A DNA stretch of 64,000 nt from Deltaproteobacteria bacterium (GTDB taxonomy: Bacteria > Desulfobacterota > Syntrophia > Syntrophales > JACQWR01), in contig JAPLJV010000004.1 in NCBI GenBank assembly GCA_026388415.1, positions 530 to 64,529 of the forward strand. Reading direction: 5' to 3'. A program made the position numbers and the translations under genes. The notes under the pieces were generated by a model. It ran no database searches. It was not told where the DNA came from and worked only from the letters and a program-made list of their open reading frames with translations. Shown here one piece after another: positions 26,823-37,454 of this stretch; positions within the stretch are counted from its first letter, which is position 1; every line of letters begins with the position of its first letter.

Positions 26823-29492
26823 TTAGATAATTGCAGCCGCGGCAGATTGGGCGATGTCCTGAAATTTCTTTAAAGCCGCCTCCAGGACATTATGTTTCCC
26901 CATCAAATCGCGATACTTTTCTTCCTCTTTACTTACAATTGCTTCGGCCGCTTTGGCGCGGAAATCGCTGTTGCTGAGCTTCTTAGAAACAAATGACAGG
27001 TCTTTGGCTACCTTGGCAATTTCCTTTTCCAACCTGAACTTTTCGGCGGGAATATCAATGAGCCCTTCGAGGAGAACATATATCATCATGTCCGCCGCGA
27101 CGGCAGTGGCCGCCTCTTTCGCTTCCACTGCCGCGGTAACAATGGTCAGCTCTACCAGATTGGCTAAATGGTAAATATAGTCTTCCGCGCTTAAAATAAC
27201 AGACCGGGATTTGTCGTCTGAGGCATGGATAATTACCTTGAGCTTTTTAGAGGGGGCAATCCCCATTTCTCCACGAATGTTACGGATGGCGGTAATTATC
27301 TCCACAATATTGCGTACTTCCTGCTCGGCAGCGTCATCCCGAGCGGTGTCATTGGGGACGGGAAATTCACTGACCATGAGGTAACCGTCATTGCTGATCA
27401 AATGCTGCCATATTTCCTCGCTCACAAAAGGCATGAAGGGGTGCAGGAGTTTGAGCGATGCCTCCAATACCTGAAGTAACGTGCTCTGAACCGCCCTTCT
27501 CGATCCGGCCTGGCTCTTGCCATAAAGAACCGGTTTTACTAATTCCACGTACCAGTCACATAATTCATGCCAGATGAACTGATAAATGGCTGCGGCCGCC
27601 TCATTAAACCGATACTCATCCAAAGCCTTGATTACTTCCACGACAGTTACGTTCAAACGGGATTTGATCCAGCGGTCAGCGAGCGATAATTCCCCGGTGT
27701 TGACTGGCGATGCGGAGTCATAATCTTCGATATTCATCTGAACGAACTTGGCCATGTTCCAGATCTTGTTTACGAAAAATTTGTAACCCTCTATTCTCTC
27801 CTCGGACATGCGCACATCCCGGCCCTGAGCAGTAAAAGCGGCCAGGGTAAACCGGAAGGCGTCGGCGCCGAACTTGTCCACCATTTTTAGGGGATCTATG
27901 CTGTTGCCCTTGGACTTGCTCATCTTTTCGCCTTTTTCGTCGCGAACGAGGGCATGGAGATAAACATCGCGGAAAGGGACTTCCTTCATAATGTAAAGCC
28001 CCATCATCATCATCCGGGCAACCCAGAAAAAGAGGATATCAAAGCCCGTGATCAACAGGGAAGTTGGATAGAAGGTTTTCAAGGCGGGCGTTTCGTCCGG
28101 CCAGCCCAGCGTGGAAAATGGCCAAAGGGCGGAACTGAACCAGGTATCGAGGACATCTTCATCCTGCTTTAAGTTCGTTTTGCCACAATCCGGGCAGGCA
28201 AGCGGTTCAGCGGCGGCGACAATAATCCTGCCGCATTCGCAATACCAGACGGGGATGCGATGGCCCCACCAGATCTGCCGGGAAATGCACCAGTCACGGA
28301 TATTATTCATCCATTCATAATAGGTGCTTTCCCACATTGAAGGGATTATTCTTGTTTTCCCCTTGGTGACCGCGTTACTGGCTGCCTTGGCCAACGGCTT
28401 GACCTTGACGAACCACTGGCGGGAAACGGTTGGCTCAATATCCGTATGACAGCGATAGCAGCGCCCGATATTATGGTTGTAGGGCTCTTTGTGATCCAGA
28501 TAACCGCCGCTTTCCAAATCCTTGATAATATTTTTTCGGGCCTCGTAACGGTCCATCCCTTCATAAATGCCGCCCTCGGCGTTGATAACGGCGTCTCCAT
28601 TCATGATTTTCAGAATGGGCAGTTGATGCCGTTCGGCCATAGAGAAATCATTGGGGTCGCAGGCCGGCGTAATTTTCACGGCGCCGGTGCCGAATTCCAG
28701 GGAAACATAGTCATCGGCAATGACGGGTATTTCTCGATTAACAAGCGGCAACATGACTGTTTTGCCAATCTTGCCCTGGTGCCTTTTGTCATGGGGGTTA
28801 ACGGCGACGGCCGTATCGCCAAGCATGGTCTCCGGACGCGTTGTTGCCACCACGATCTCGCCCCGGCCCTGGGTAAGAGGATACCGAATATACCAAAGTG
28901 ACGACGGCTCCTCCGTATACTCCACCTCCAGATCAGAAATGGCCGTATGACAGCGGGGACACCAGTTAACAATATAATCACCTTGGTAGATCAAACCGTC
29001 ATTATATAAACGCACAAAGGCTTCCCGGACCGCCCTGGACAGACCTTCATCCATCGTAAAGCGTTCCCTGGACCAGTCGCAGGAACAACCAAGTCTTTTC
29101 AACTGATTGATGATAGTCCCGCCTGATTTGGCTTTCCATTCCCAAACCCGGGCCAGAAACTTTTCCCTGCCCAGATCATGCCGGGATATGCCTTCGGCCG
29201 CCAGTTGCTGCTCCACGACATTCTGGGTGGCGATACCCGCGTGATCCATACCGGGCATCCAAAGCGTGTTGTAACCCTGCATGCGCCGGTATCTGATCAT
29301 AATGTCCTGGAGGACATTATTCAAGGCATGGCCCATGTGCAGAATTCCTGTAACGTTAGGAGGCGGGATGACAATGCAATAGGGTTTATTGGGACTGCTG
29401 TCCGCGGCATGAAACAAATTGCCGCTGACCCAGCTCTGATAATAACTGTCCTCAGAACCATGCGGTTCAAAAGATTTACTCAATAATTTCAT
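26823..29492 (-). CDS. valS: valine-tRNA ligase
   Basis: 889 aa. PPPNVTGILHMGHA (HIGH) and KMSKSKGN (KMSKS), with a C-terminal coiled coil. Confidence 0.95.
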   Translation of the reverse strand: MKLLSKSFEPHGSEDSYYQSWVSGNLFHAADSSPNKPYCIVIPPPNVTGILHMGHALNNVLQDIMIRYRRMQGYNTLWMPGMDHAGIATQNVVEQQLAAEGISRHDLGREKFLARVWEWKAKSGGTIINQLKRLGCSCDWSRERFTMDEGLSRAVREAFVRLYNDGLIYQGDYIVNWCPRCHTAISDLEVEYTEEPSSLWYIRYPLTQGRGEIVVATTRPETMLGDTAVAVNPHDKRHQGKIGKTVMLPLVNREIPVIADDYVSLEFGTGAVKITPACDPNDFSMAERHQLPILKIMNGDAVINAEGGIYEGMDRYEARKNIIKDLESGGYLDHKEPYNHNIGRCYRCHTDIEPTVSRQWFVKVKPLAKAASNAVTKGKTRIIPSMWESTYYEWMNNIRDWCISRQIWWGHRIPVWYCECGRIIVAAAEPLACPDCGKTNLKQDEDVLDTWFSSALWPFSTLGWPDETPALKTFYPTSLLITGFDILFFWVARMMMMGLYIMKEVPFRDVYLHALVRDEKGEKMSKSKGNSIDPLKMVDKFGADAFRFTLAAFTAQGRDVRMSEERIEGYKFFVNKIWNMAKFVQMNIEDYDSASPVNTGELSLADRWIKSRLNVTVVEVIKALDEYRFNEAAAAIYQFIWHELCDWYVELVKPVLYGKSQAGSRRAVQSTLLQVLEASLKLLHPFMPFVSEEIWQHLISNDGYLMVSEFPVPNDTARDDAAEQEVRNIVEIITAIRNIRGEMGIAPSKKLKVIIHASDDKSRSVILSAEDYIYHLANLVELTIVTAAVEAKEAATAVAADMMIYVLLEGLIDIPAEKFRLEKEIAKVAKDLSFVSKKLSNSDFRAKAAEAIVSKEEEKYRDLMGKHNVLEAALKKFQDIAQSAAAAII

Positions 29493-29507
29493 ATATTCAG
29501 ATATTCA

Positions 29508-29548
29508 GATGGGGAGGGGGCTGATTTGAAATCAGCCCCCTCCCCATC
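29508..29548. terminator. very stable GC-rich hairpin between the TPR/SLH gene and valS
   Basis: GATGGGGAGGGGGCTGATTT-G-AAATCAGCCCCCTCCCCATC, with perfect 20-nt arms. It lies 20 nt after the upstream stop (29569) and 15 nt before the valS ATG. No clean U-tract follows it on the minus sense. Confidence 0.4.
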
Positions 29549-29568
29549 TGTCCCCTCGGCAAAAAAGA

Positions 29569-30729
29569 TCAGAATTTCAGTTCTTCCTGGATTTTTCTGA
29601 TATAAAGCAACGCATCTACGCCAGGCACGTCACCTAAGGGCGCAAATTCCCCGGACGTAAAATCTTTTACCCCCATGATCTGCCTTGTGGTAACAACCAT
29701 AACGGCGTTGAAATAAGGAAGATCGGAGCGCAAATCCGGGAAAGGCGAGGTCTGGCCGATAAATTTTGTCGCCAAAGTATTATCGCCCGTCACCTTGATG
29801 AGAATGTCTTCCAGCATCATGGCATAAGTAGCACGATCAATATTCTCTCCTGGATGGAATAAACCATCAGAGTAAGTCTCCAGCCCACGTACGCCAACTC
29901 CCAGAATTCCTTCTATATCTACCTTTAAGGGATGATCGGCAATATCTTTGGGCATTGCTGCCGCTGCGGGGGCATTCTTCGCCTTCTCGGGATCCTTGAA
30001 AGAGGTATCGAACGTTTTAATACTGCGCTTCTTGTATAAAACGTCAATTTTAAGCTCTTCCATAAACAAGGCAGCCACATCGGCCCGGGTAATGCGCTGC
30101 AGGAGGGCAATCTTTTTACCGGCTGCTGTTCCGGGCATGGCCCGCAGGATCTTCTGGATCAGATTCCATGAGATATCGGCGTCCTTTACATATTCCTTCT
30201 TCAGATCAATAACTTTCCGGAACATCTGACCGGCCTGTTCAAAGTCCTGTACCGATATGTAGGCAATACCCATATAGTAATAAGCGGCTGAAGACTGCTT
30301 GTCAATCTTGACAGCACGTTCGAATTCATCGCGGGCGTCATCCAACCATTTACCGCTCATACCCTTGTAAAAAAGTCTTATCCGCGCGATGTGTACAAAT
30401 AATTTTTCCTCTTTGGTGTTGGCATTGCTCCAGGCCTTTTTAATCGCCTCGGCGGCTGCGTCATGATCACCCGTGTAGGCCTTGACCAAGGCAATCCCGG
30501 CATGGGCTTGAGAAAACTCGGGGGCTATCTGGATGGCCAGAGTGAACTCCCGCTCTGCCTCTATATATTTGTCCTCTTCGAGTAAACGCAGGCCGGCAAC
30601 ACTATGGTGTTCCGGTGTGTCCATCGCGCTGACAGGCTTTCGTAATTCCGGCGCACAAGCAAGCATTGCCATCGTCAAACAAATTAACACAACCGATAAT
30701 ACCGATTTTCTGATCTTGAACCGTTTCAT
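29569..30729 (-). CDS. lipoprotein with TPR repeats and SLH-like C-terminal repeats
   Basis: Lipobox MAMLAC; TPR-like N-terminal half; two segments resembling S-layer-homology motifs (ITRADVAALFMEEL, IDRATYAMMLEDIL). Confidence 0.65.
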   Translation of the reverse strand: MKRFKIRKSVLSVVLICLTMAMLACAPELRKPVSAMDTPEHHSVAGLRLLEEDKYIEAEREFTLAIQIAPEFSQAHAGIALVKAYTGDHDAAAEAIKKAWSNANTKEEKLFVHIARIRLFYKGMSGKWLDDARDEFERAVKIDKQSSAAYYYMGIAYISVQDFEQAGQMFRKVIDLKKEYVKDADISWNLIQKILRAMPGTAAGKKIALLQRITRADVAALFMEELKIDVLYKKRSIKTFDTSFKDPEKAKNAPAAAAMPKDIADHPLKVDIEGILGVGVRGLETYSDGLFHPGENIDRATYAMMLEDILIKVTGDNTLATKFIGQTSPFPDLRSDLPYFNAVMVVTTRQIMGVKDFTSGEFAPLGDVPGVDALLYIRKIQEELKF

Positions 30730-30815
30730 ATTGAGCTCCTTTCGTCCCGACTAATAATCCCTTGTTTCACCTCAATAGTAACAACAATCTGGCTATGATT
30801 ATCTTTATGCCCTAT

Positions 30816-31799
30816 TTAAGTCAAGATATTTCGGGTATCCGCTCCGGTCATAAATTCCTCCACCAGTTTTGACAACGATGTGAAATCATCATAACTGAAC
30901 CAGTTGATCTCAGGGTCCGCCTTGAACCAGGTTTCCTGACGTTTGGCGTATTGCCTGGTATCGCGCTTCATTGCGGCGACGGCCTCTTCCAGACTGTAAT
31001 CCCCATGCAGGTAACCTGTTAGATGACGATAACCTAGGGAATGCATGGATTTAAGATCCTCGTGATAGCCCTGTGCAAGCAACCATTTAACCTCCTCAAC
31101 GAAACCGCGGTCAATCATGTCCTCCGCCCGACGCTCTATGCGCCTGTAAAGCTGTGACCGCTCCATCTTCAGCCCTATCTTGAGATAATGATATGGACGC
31201 TCGGAAAAATGGTGCTCTCTTTGCTTGACGACAATAGATTTCCCGCTTTGGTGCCAGACTTCGATGGCGCGCATAATGCGGTTGGTATCGTGCGGATCAA
31301 TCAAATTTGCGGCCAGGGCATCTTTTTCTTTCAGGATAGCATAGAGACTATCCCTGCCGGAGACTTTGAGTTGCATTCGCAAGTAGTCTCTCAAATCCTT
31401 ATCAGCTCCTGCATCCGCAACCAGGCCACCCAGCAGAGCCCGTATATAAAGACCGGTGCCGCCCACGACAATAAAAAGTTTTTGATTATTTCCTGGCACC
31501 GCGATGATCTGACGGGCCAAATTAATATATAAAGAAACATTAAACACCCCGTCCGGATCCACGACATCAATCAGATGGTGGGGAGTATTCTCCCGCTCCG
31601 TTTTGCCAGGTTTGGCCGTACCGATATCCATGTAACGGTAAACTTGCATGGAATCGGCGCTGATAATTTCCGCCCCCCAAGTATGGGCGAGCTTTAAAGC
31701 TAACTGAGTTTTACCAACGCCGGTAGCGCCGACAAGAATCAGCAAACGAGGGGAATGGGGAATAAACACGGGATAATCACCCTTAATAACTATCCTCAA
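30816..31799 (-). CDS. miaA: tRNA dimethylallyltransferase
   Basis: P-loop GATGVGKTQLALKLA and a MiaA-family body. Its start overlaps the mutL stop by 4 nt. Confidence 0.9.
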   Translation of the reverse strand: MRIVIKGDYPVFIPHSPRLLILVGATGVGKTQLALKLAHTWGAEIISADSMQVYRYMDIGTAKPGKTERENTPHHLIDVVDPDGVFNVSLYINLARQIIAVPGNNQKLFIVVGGTGLYIRALLGGLVADAGADKDLRDYLRMQLKVSGRDSLYAILKEKDALAANLIDPHDTNRIMRAIEVWHQSGKSIVVKQREHHFSERPYHYLKIGLKMERSQLYRRIERRAEDMIDRGFVEEVKWLLAQGYHEDLKSMHSLGYRHLTGYLHGDYSLEEAVAAMKRDTRQYAKRQETWFKADPEINWFSYDDFTSLSKLVEEFMTGADTRNILT

Positions 31800-33640
31800 C
31801 GTCTCTTAAACATTTTTTCGATGTCCCACAGGGTGTAAGTAAGAAAGACAGGACGTCCGTGGGGGCAGGAAGCGATGTTTGGTATCGCGTCAAGATTCTT
31901 GACCAGAGCGGCAACTTCCAACGGCGAAAGTTTGTGATTGGCCTTGATGGCGCCCTTACAGGCTAAAAGAGCATATATTTTTTCTCTTTTTTCATCCAAT
32001 GACGCGCCTTCCCTTTCGATGAATTCAGCCAGCAAATCGCTTATCATCGCCTGGGGCGGCAAAGTCGCAAAGAGCGACGGCAGAGACTTGACCACTACCG
32101 TATTCAGGCCAAAGGGTTCTACTTCAAAGCCACAATCCTGAAGAAGCGGCAGACAATCCATCAACAAAGCATAATCGCGGGGCGGCAAGGTGATTACCTC
32201 CGGCAGGAGCAACCGCTGACTCGAAATATGGCTATGGGGAGAAGTCTTATTCTTTAAATTTTCGAATAACAGCCTTTCATGGGCGGCATGTTGATCCACC
32301 ATAACCAGTCTCTCGGCATCAGCAAAAATAAGATACGTCTCCATAACCTGACCTATATACTTATAATCACTAAGAACCATGTCCGGAATGGTTACAGCAG
32401 CCTCTTCCGCCTGTACCGTATGATAATTTTTTGCCGGATAAGATTCTCGCGCCTGCCAGGCAGCAGCGGCGTTTGCCGGGGGAGCTGCGGAGGAAATGCT
32501 GTACCTTTTCAGCGCTTCCTCCACGCGGGAATGGTACTGGGAAAGCGGGACCGTGTGCGGCGCACGGGGCAAATACTCCCCTGCCGGCCCTGCCGTTTGC
32601 GCAGGAACGCCGCTCAGCGCACCGGCCAAACACTCCACGATTGTCTCGTAAACCGCACGGGGATTACGAAAACGAACCTCCATCTTGGCCGGATGGACAT
32701 TTACATCAACTTCATGCGGCGGTAGCTCAAGCAAAAGGACGGCGGCCGGGTATCTTTTAGCGGGAATCAGATTCCGGTAGGCTGTCATCACCGCGTGATT
32801 GATCAGGTGATCGCGGATAAAGCGTTTATTGACGAAGGGGTAGATATGTTTGGAATTAGAGCGGGTGAGCGACGGCTGAGAGGCAAAACCCTGCAGAGTA
32901 AGCCCTTCTCTCTTTCCCGAAATAAAGATCATCTGATCGAGAAAATCGGTACCGAGAACAAGCGCCAACCGTTGGTCGGCTGCATCCGTGGCCGGTATAT
33001 TCAGTATCAATCGCCCATTGGCCGTAACTTTCAGACTCAAAGCAGGATGAGAAAGAGCCAATCTGCTGACCACATCCAGGCAGTGACCCTGTTCCGTCTG
33101 TTCGGACTTGAGAAATTTACGACGCACCGGCACGGGTCCAAAGATATTGGTAACTAATATCGAGGTCCCCACCGGACAGCCGGCCTCGCTGATTTCTTTG
33201 ATGCTGCCAGCTTCCGCGGCTACTCTCACCCCAGCCAGGGCGCCCTGCTGCTTCGTCACCATCTCGACATGGGCTATAGAGGCAATACTGGGCAGGGCCT
33301 CCCCCCGAAATCCGAAGGAATGAACCTTATAGATATCGTCGAAATGATATATTTTGCTGGTGGCAAAACGGGAAAAAGCCAATACCGCATCCTCAGGATC
33401 AATGCCTGCGCCGTTATCGGTTACCCGGACTGATTCGCAGCCACCCTGGCGGAGCTCTATGGCAATGTCGGTCGCCCCCGCATCCAGGGCGTTTTCCAAC
33501 AACTCCTTGACGATGGAAGCGGGCCGTTCAATTACCTCCCCGGCGGCAATTTTGTTTGTTAAATCATCTGGTAAAATAAGAATACGGCCGGGCAAAATCG
33601 CTCCTCCTCCCGGAAGATGATGCAAAAAAATGACAGGCAA
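31796..33640 (-). CDS. mutL: DNA mismatch repair protein MutL (endonuclease-type)
   Basis: The KIAAGEVIERPASIVKELLENALDAGA ATPase N-terminus and the C-terminal DQHAAHERLLFE endonuclease motif. Confidence 0.9.
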   Translation of the reverse strand: MPVIFLHHLPGGGAILPGRILILPDDLTNKIAAGEVIERPASIVKELLENALDAGATDIAIELRQGGCESVRVTDNGAGIDPEDAVLAFSRFATSKIYHFDDIYKVHSFGFRGEALPSIASIAHVEMVTKQQGALAGVRVAAEAGSIKEISEAGCPVGTSILVTNIFGPVPVRRKFLKSEQTEQGHCLDVVSRLALSHPALSLKVTANGRLILNIPATDAADQRLALVLGTDFLDQMIFISGKREGLTLQGFASQPSLTRSNSKHIYPFVNKRFIRDHLINHAVMTAYRNLIPAKRYPAAVLLLELPPHEVDVNVHPAKMEVRFRNPRAVYETIVECLAGALSGVPAQTAGPAGEYLPRAPHTVPLSQYHSRVEEALKRYSISSAAPPANAAAAWQARESYPAKNYHTVQAEEAAVTIPDMVLSDYKYIGQVMETYLIFADAERLVMVDQHAAHERLLFENLKNKTSPHSHISSQRLLLPEVITLPPRDYALLMDCLPLLQDCGFEVEPFGLNTVVVKSLPSLFATLPPQAMISDLLAEFIEREGASLDEKREKIYALLACKGAIKANHKLSPLEVAALVKNLDAIPNIASCPHGRPVFLTYTLWDIEKMFKRR

Positions 33641-33672
33641 AAAGCAAACGCCATCGGGAGATAGATATGAAA

Positions 33673-33703
33673 GACCGCAGCACCTTGACAGGTATCTGCG
33701 GTC
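33673..33703 (-). terminator. candidate intrinsic terminator of the 10-kb envelope operon
   Basis: On the minus sense GACCGCAG-N15-CTGCGGTC is followed by UUUCAUAUCU, about 30 nt after the stop at 33736. Confidence 0.5.
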
Positions 33704-33735
33704 CTCATTTGCTTAACCAACTGAACAAATAAATA

Positions 33736-34659
33736 TCAGTCCAAAACGATCATGACACGGCATTTCTTCATAAAGGACAGGTTATCAGCGGCTGATCTGA
33801 GCGCGGCAGCATCAGCATTACTGATTATGATGTCGGATTTCCCCGCTCCTTGCGCCCTGATAGCCTTGACCGTAAGAGGATTGTTGGTTACGCGCTGATT
33901 ACCCTGCGCCGACGTCAAATCACGGGCATATCCGCTCATGCCCTGCTGGACGGCAAATTCCCGCTCCACTATCACGGAACCGTAAACTTCCTGACCATTT
34001 TCATCAAGAATCTTCGGCGACATCGCCGGTCGCGTCTGCATACCACGCGCATCTACCACCATGCCCGTGTAAACCGCCCCGGAAGATGGCTTTCTTGGCT
34101 CGGAAGTGTAGGAACGGCCTTGCGGTGCAGTTTGAACGGGAGGCGCAGGAGGTGTTACCTGCGGCTGCGCAATTGGTTTTTTCTCCAATGCTTTCGGCAT
34201 GATGGCCGAAGAAAAGTCACCTAAAAGGGGCATGCGCACCGTGACCTCAACTGAGCCATCGGACATATAGTCCTGTTTTACCACCACCGCCCCTTTTACG
34301 ATACCTTCAACCTGGCTGTTGATGACATCGCTCTCGACGACAAAATCCTTCACTAAAGTTGTCGAGTCAATTCTTACCCCCTTGGTAGTTTCAAGCAGAT
34401 TCCTTTTTGCCACAAGTTCAGCGGCCCGCAAGGCCATGGGGCGGGCCTGAATCTTGCCGATAAACCGCTCCGGAGGAGCTCCAATGCCCACTGCTTCGAT
34501 ATATCCGGCTGACCAATTGATACTCCCGGTGCCAACTTTTTCGATGATCTGTTTCCAATCCGACATACTGACAGTATCTTCACAAAAAACCGTATTTGTT
34601 GATAAGATCAGCAGTCCCATAACCAACAGAGCAACAACGTAACGTAACTTCATTTTCAT
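33736..34659 (-). CDS. secreted LPP20/FlgP-like protein with a Pro-rich linker and an uncharacterised C-terminal domain
   Basis: Signal peptide; GYIEAVGIGAPP...ARPMALRAAELVAKRNLLETTKGVRIDS...DGSVEVTVRMPL fits the LPP20-family pattern as I know it; PQVTPPAPPVQTAP linker. Confidence 0.6.
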   Translation of the reverse strand: MKMKLRYVVALLVMGLLILSTNTVFCEDTVSMSDWKQIIEKVGTGSINWSAGYIEAVGIGAPPERFIGKIQARPMALRAAELVAKRNLLETTKGVRIDSTTLVKDFVVESDVINSQVEGIVKGAVVVKQDYMSDGSVEVTVRMPLLGDFSSAIMPKALEKKPIAQPQVTPPAPPVQTAPQGRSYTSEPRKPSSGAVYTGMVVDARGMQTRPAMSPKILDENGQEVYGSVIVEREFAVQQGMSGYARDLTSAQGNQRVTNNPLTVKAIRAQGAGKSDIIISNADAAALRSAADNLSFMKKCRVMIVLD

Positions 34660-34684
34660 TCCTCCCTACTTAAGTTATTGATAC

Positions 34685-37432
34685 TTATTCTTTAAACGCC
34701 TTTTCTTCTGCCCTCTCCAACCAGGGCTTGATATTTATGCTGTCATCATTATTCTTCAATATGTAATTATCATCAGGCGGAGCGCTGCCCCACCAATTGT
34801 ATCTCGCGTCTATATATATGGTAGAACGCGCCTGTATGGCAAATGTGTTTTTGAGGAAATTATTGTAATTGATAACCGGTCTGGACATACCCACACTCTG
34901 GATGGCGGCCTCACCATCGTTATTCAAAAAGGTGCTGTATGTAATTTTCGGCGCGGCGTCATGACGACAGAATACGCCGTTTTGGGAATTATTAGCGATC
35001 AGACAATAGGAAATCTCCGGCGCTCCGTAGTGAATATCAAAGGCCGTCTCGGCGTATTTGACAACACAGTAGGAAAAAGCGCTATTTACCTTGGTCTGTT
35101 TGGTGAACCGGACTGCGGAGGAGTAAGAGCCAGGCAGGAGAGATTTTGCCGAGGCAGTGAAAATAATGGGCAATTCCTTCGTGCCTTTGGCCATCACACC
35201 GCCATCCTCCACCGTGATCGCTCTCCCCTGGTCGTAAAGCAGGGTAACGCCCGGTTCGATGTAAAGGGTAGCTCCATTAATAATAACGATATCTTTGGCT
35301 ATCCGGTAGGGACTGTTAGAGAGGATAAGGAAGGAATCTTTGTCAACAGGTCCGCCTAACTGGGAATCCAGAATGGGCAGCTTGATGGGTTTCCCGGCGG
35401 GCTTATCACCATCAAGAATCGCGGCGATATTAACTTTTCCCCTGATCCGCGCCAGAATGTTAATTCCGCTGACCGTTCCCCACCAGTTTTCCAGCGCCTG
35501 AACAGGCTCGCCGGACATATCGGCCTGCATATCGAGTGGGCTGTTGTCCAAAATCTTGTTTCCCGTAATAACGGCATTGCTGGCTTGCACCCGGATGCCG
35601 ATTCCTTGATTACGGGCAATAACATTATCCCGTAGTAATGGAGAAGATGACTCAATAACAACACCCTCCCGCAGATTATCGCTGATCGTGTTTCCCGATA
35701 ATTTTGGCTGGGCGCCGTCTCGAATCAATACGGCGTTTTGCATGTTTTTGTGGATGGAGTTACGCTGCAATTCCGGCCGGGAAAAAGCGCCCACGATCTT
35801 CAGCGCAATCAGGTTCGCCGTTAACTCGGAATCTTCTACGCGTGGTGAGGAAGCTTCGCAACTGATGGCCGTCTTGGCATTTGATATCCGCAAGTAGGCC
35901 AATTGCTGTTCTTTTTCTTTGGTGTTTATAAATAATATACCCTCCCAGACCTTTCCCTCTTCTGTGGAAGTTAAGGTTATCAGATGCTCTTTAGTTCCTC
36001 TGGCCTTGATCTGCCCCTCAATAATTAATCCGCCTCCCGAGGAGCGGACTTCCGTGCCCGGCTCAATGGTCAGTGTCGCCTTGTCTTTGACCAATATGGT
36101 TTGATCAATGATATATGGGCTGGCGCCGGAATACCAGGTGGTATCGGCCTCAATGGGACCATTTACGGCAGTAGGACCGGGTGCGATCGGCAAGCCAATA
36201 ACAGGGTCAATTTTTTCGCTTTCATTTCCCGCCCAGTCAATGGCCGTCAGGAAATAGTAATATTTCTGACCATTAGTTACTTTATCATCGCGCCATTCAT
36301 TTACCTCGCTTCTGCCCACTTCCTGGAAACCTGAAAGTGGAGTTAAGCTGCGGTAGAGGCGATACCCCGCCAGATCAGTTGCCGGAGATTTGTCCCAGTT
36401 CAGGAGCAACAGATTGTTTCTCCCGACTGTTTGCAGGTTATTAATCTTATCCGGAGGTGTGGTATCAAGCGTCACGGTACCGAGAGCATCTACCCATTGC
36501 GAGGCATTGCCGGCATCATCGGCAAGATATCCGACAATCATGGCGTGAGATACGTTATCGCCGGGCAGGACTTTGTATGTGCCGAGATACCAGCCCGGTT
36601 CCATTTCCTGCATGTCAATGTGCTTTTTGAATTCACCGATGTCAAAATAGGCTTGCATTTTCGGCGCGCCCTGGATGACGACGTTGATCACGTCGCCAGC
36701 TTTTTTGGGCAAGTTTTTCGTATCCTGGGTTAAAAGTGAAATTACGGGCGGGCGCAGCGCTTCCGCGATGGTCGGAACGGGTATCGTTTTAACCATATCC
36801 CGGAAGAGGTCGTCACAGGCCCGTAGCAACTGAATGTCGCGAACATTCATCGCGGTCGCAATCACGGTCGCAATAATGCCGAAAGGTGTGACAGAGAGGC
36901 CGCCCTCATGGATTCTTACAGTGTGCTGTCCGCTCCAGAGGAAATTGCCGGTTTTAGTGTCATACATCTTAATCTCTGCCCCTACGGCAACCTGTGAGTA
37001 CATGACCGCAAACAGCTTGTCAAAATTAGATATCTCGCCAAATACGACCGCATCAACATTCAGTAACTTACCCAATTCCTGGGGTGAAGTTTTATATAAC
37101 GCCTCAGTGTCCCCAAGGTTGGCCTTGCTTAGCAGGTTATCAACCCTTTGCAGTTCCATATCCTTAAAGGGAAGAGAACTGAAATGGTTATAAAATCCTT
37201 TTCTTACAGCCACAGCGCCTTCTTTTTTACGAGACTGATCTATAAAAGGCAGAACGGCTACCGTAACTGGTCTGTGACCCTCCATATATGGGTCAACGAT
37301 AGATTTCCCCTGAAAAAGGTCTCTGATCACGGGTGTGATGACCGTAGTCTCGGTAGCAACCACACAGCTCTGTATGCTGATCATGACCAGTAAGATCCCC
37401 AACCATGAAACTTTACTTAATATCTTTGCCAT
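34685..37432 (-). CDS. lipoprotein: DUF799-like N-terminal module, Ig-like domain, Fn3 domain and two parallel beta-helix regions
   Basis: ORF trimmed to the ATG at 37432 (MAKILSKVSWLGILLVMISIQSC lipobox). VTVAVLPFIDQS...DAVVFGEISNFD...KMYDTKTGNFLW is DUF799/CsgG-like. One Fn3 (LNWDKSPATDLAGYRLYRS...YYYFLTAIDWAGNES). PbH1-like repeats (GNTISDN..GVVIE..DNVIARNQGIGIRV). Confidence 0.7.
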   Translation of the reverse strand: MAKILSKVSWLGILLVMISIQSCVVATETTVITPVIRDLFQGKSIVDPYMEGHRPVTVAVLPFIDQSRKKEGAVAVRKGFYNHFSSLPFKDMELQRVDNLLSKANLGDTEALYKTSPQELGKLLNVDAVVFGEISNFDKLFAVMYSQVAVGAEIKMYDTKTGNFLWSGQHTVRIHEGGLSVTPFGIIATVIATAMNVRDIQLLRACDDLFRDMVKTIPVPTIAEALRPPVISLLTQDTKNLPKKAGDVINVVIQGAPKMQAYFDIGEFKKHIDMQEMEPGWYLGTYKVLPGDNVSHAMIVGYLADDAGNASQWVDALGTVTLDTTPPDKINNLQTVGRNNLLLLNWDKSPATDLAGYRLYRSLTPLSGFQEVGRSEVNEWRDDKVTNGQKYYYFLTAIDWAGNESEKIDPVIGLPIAPGPTAVNGPIEADTTWYSGASPYIIDQTILVKDKATLTIEPGTEVRSSGGGLIIEGQIKARGTKEHLITLTSTEEGKVWEGILFINTKEKEQQLAYLRISNAKTAISCEASSPRVEDSELTANLIALKIVGAFSRPELQRNSIHKNMQNAVLIRDGAQPKLSGNTISDNLREGVVIESSSPLLRDNVIARNQGIGIRVQASNAVITGNKILDNSPLDMQADMSGEPVQALENWWGTVSGINILARIRGKVNIAAILDGDKPAGKPIKLPILDSQLGGPVDKDSFLILSNSPYRIAKDIVIINGATLYIEPGVTLLYDQGRAITVEDGGVMAKGTKELPIIFTASAKSLLPGSYSSAVRFTKQTKVNSAFSYCVVKYAETAFDIHYGAPEISYCLIANNSQNGVFCRHDAAPKITYSTFLNNDGEAAIQSVGMSRPVINYNNFLKNTFAIQARSTIYIDARYNWWGSAPPDDNYILKNNDDSINIKPWLERAEEKAFKE

Positions 37433-37454
37433 AAATGGCCTCCTGCTTATCTGA

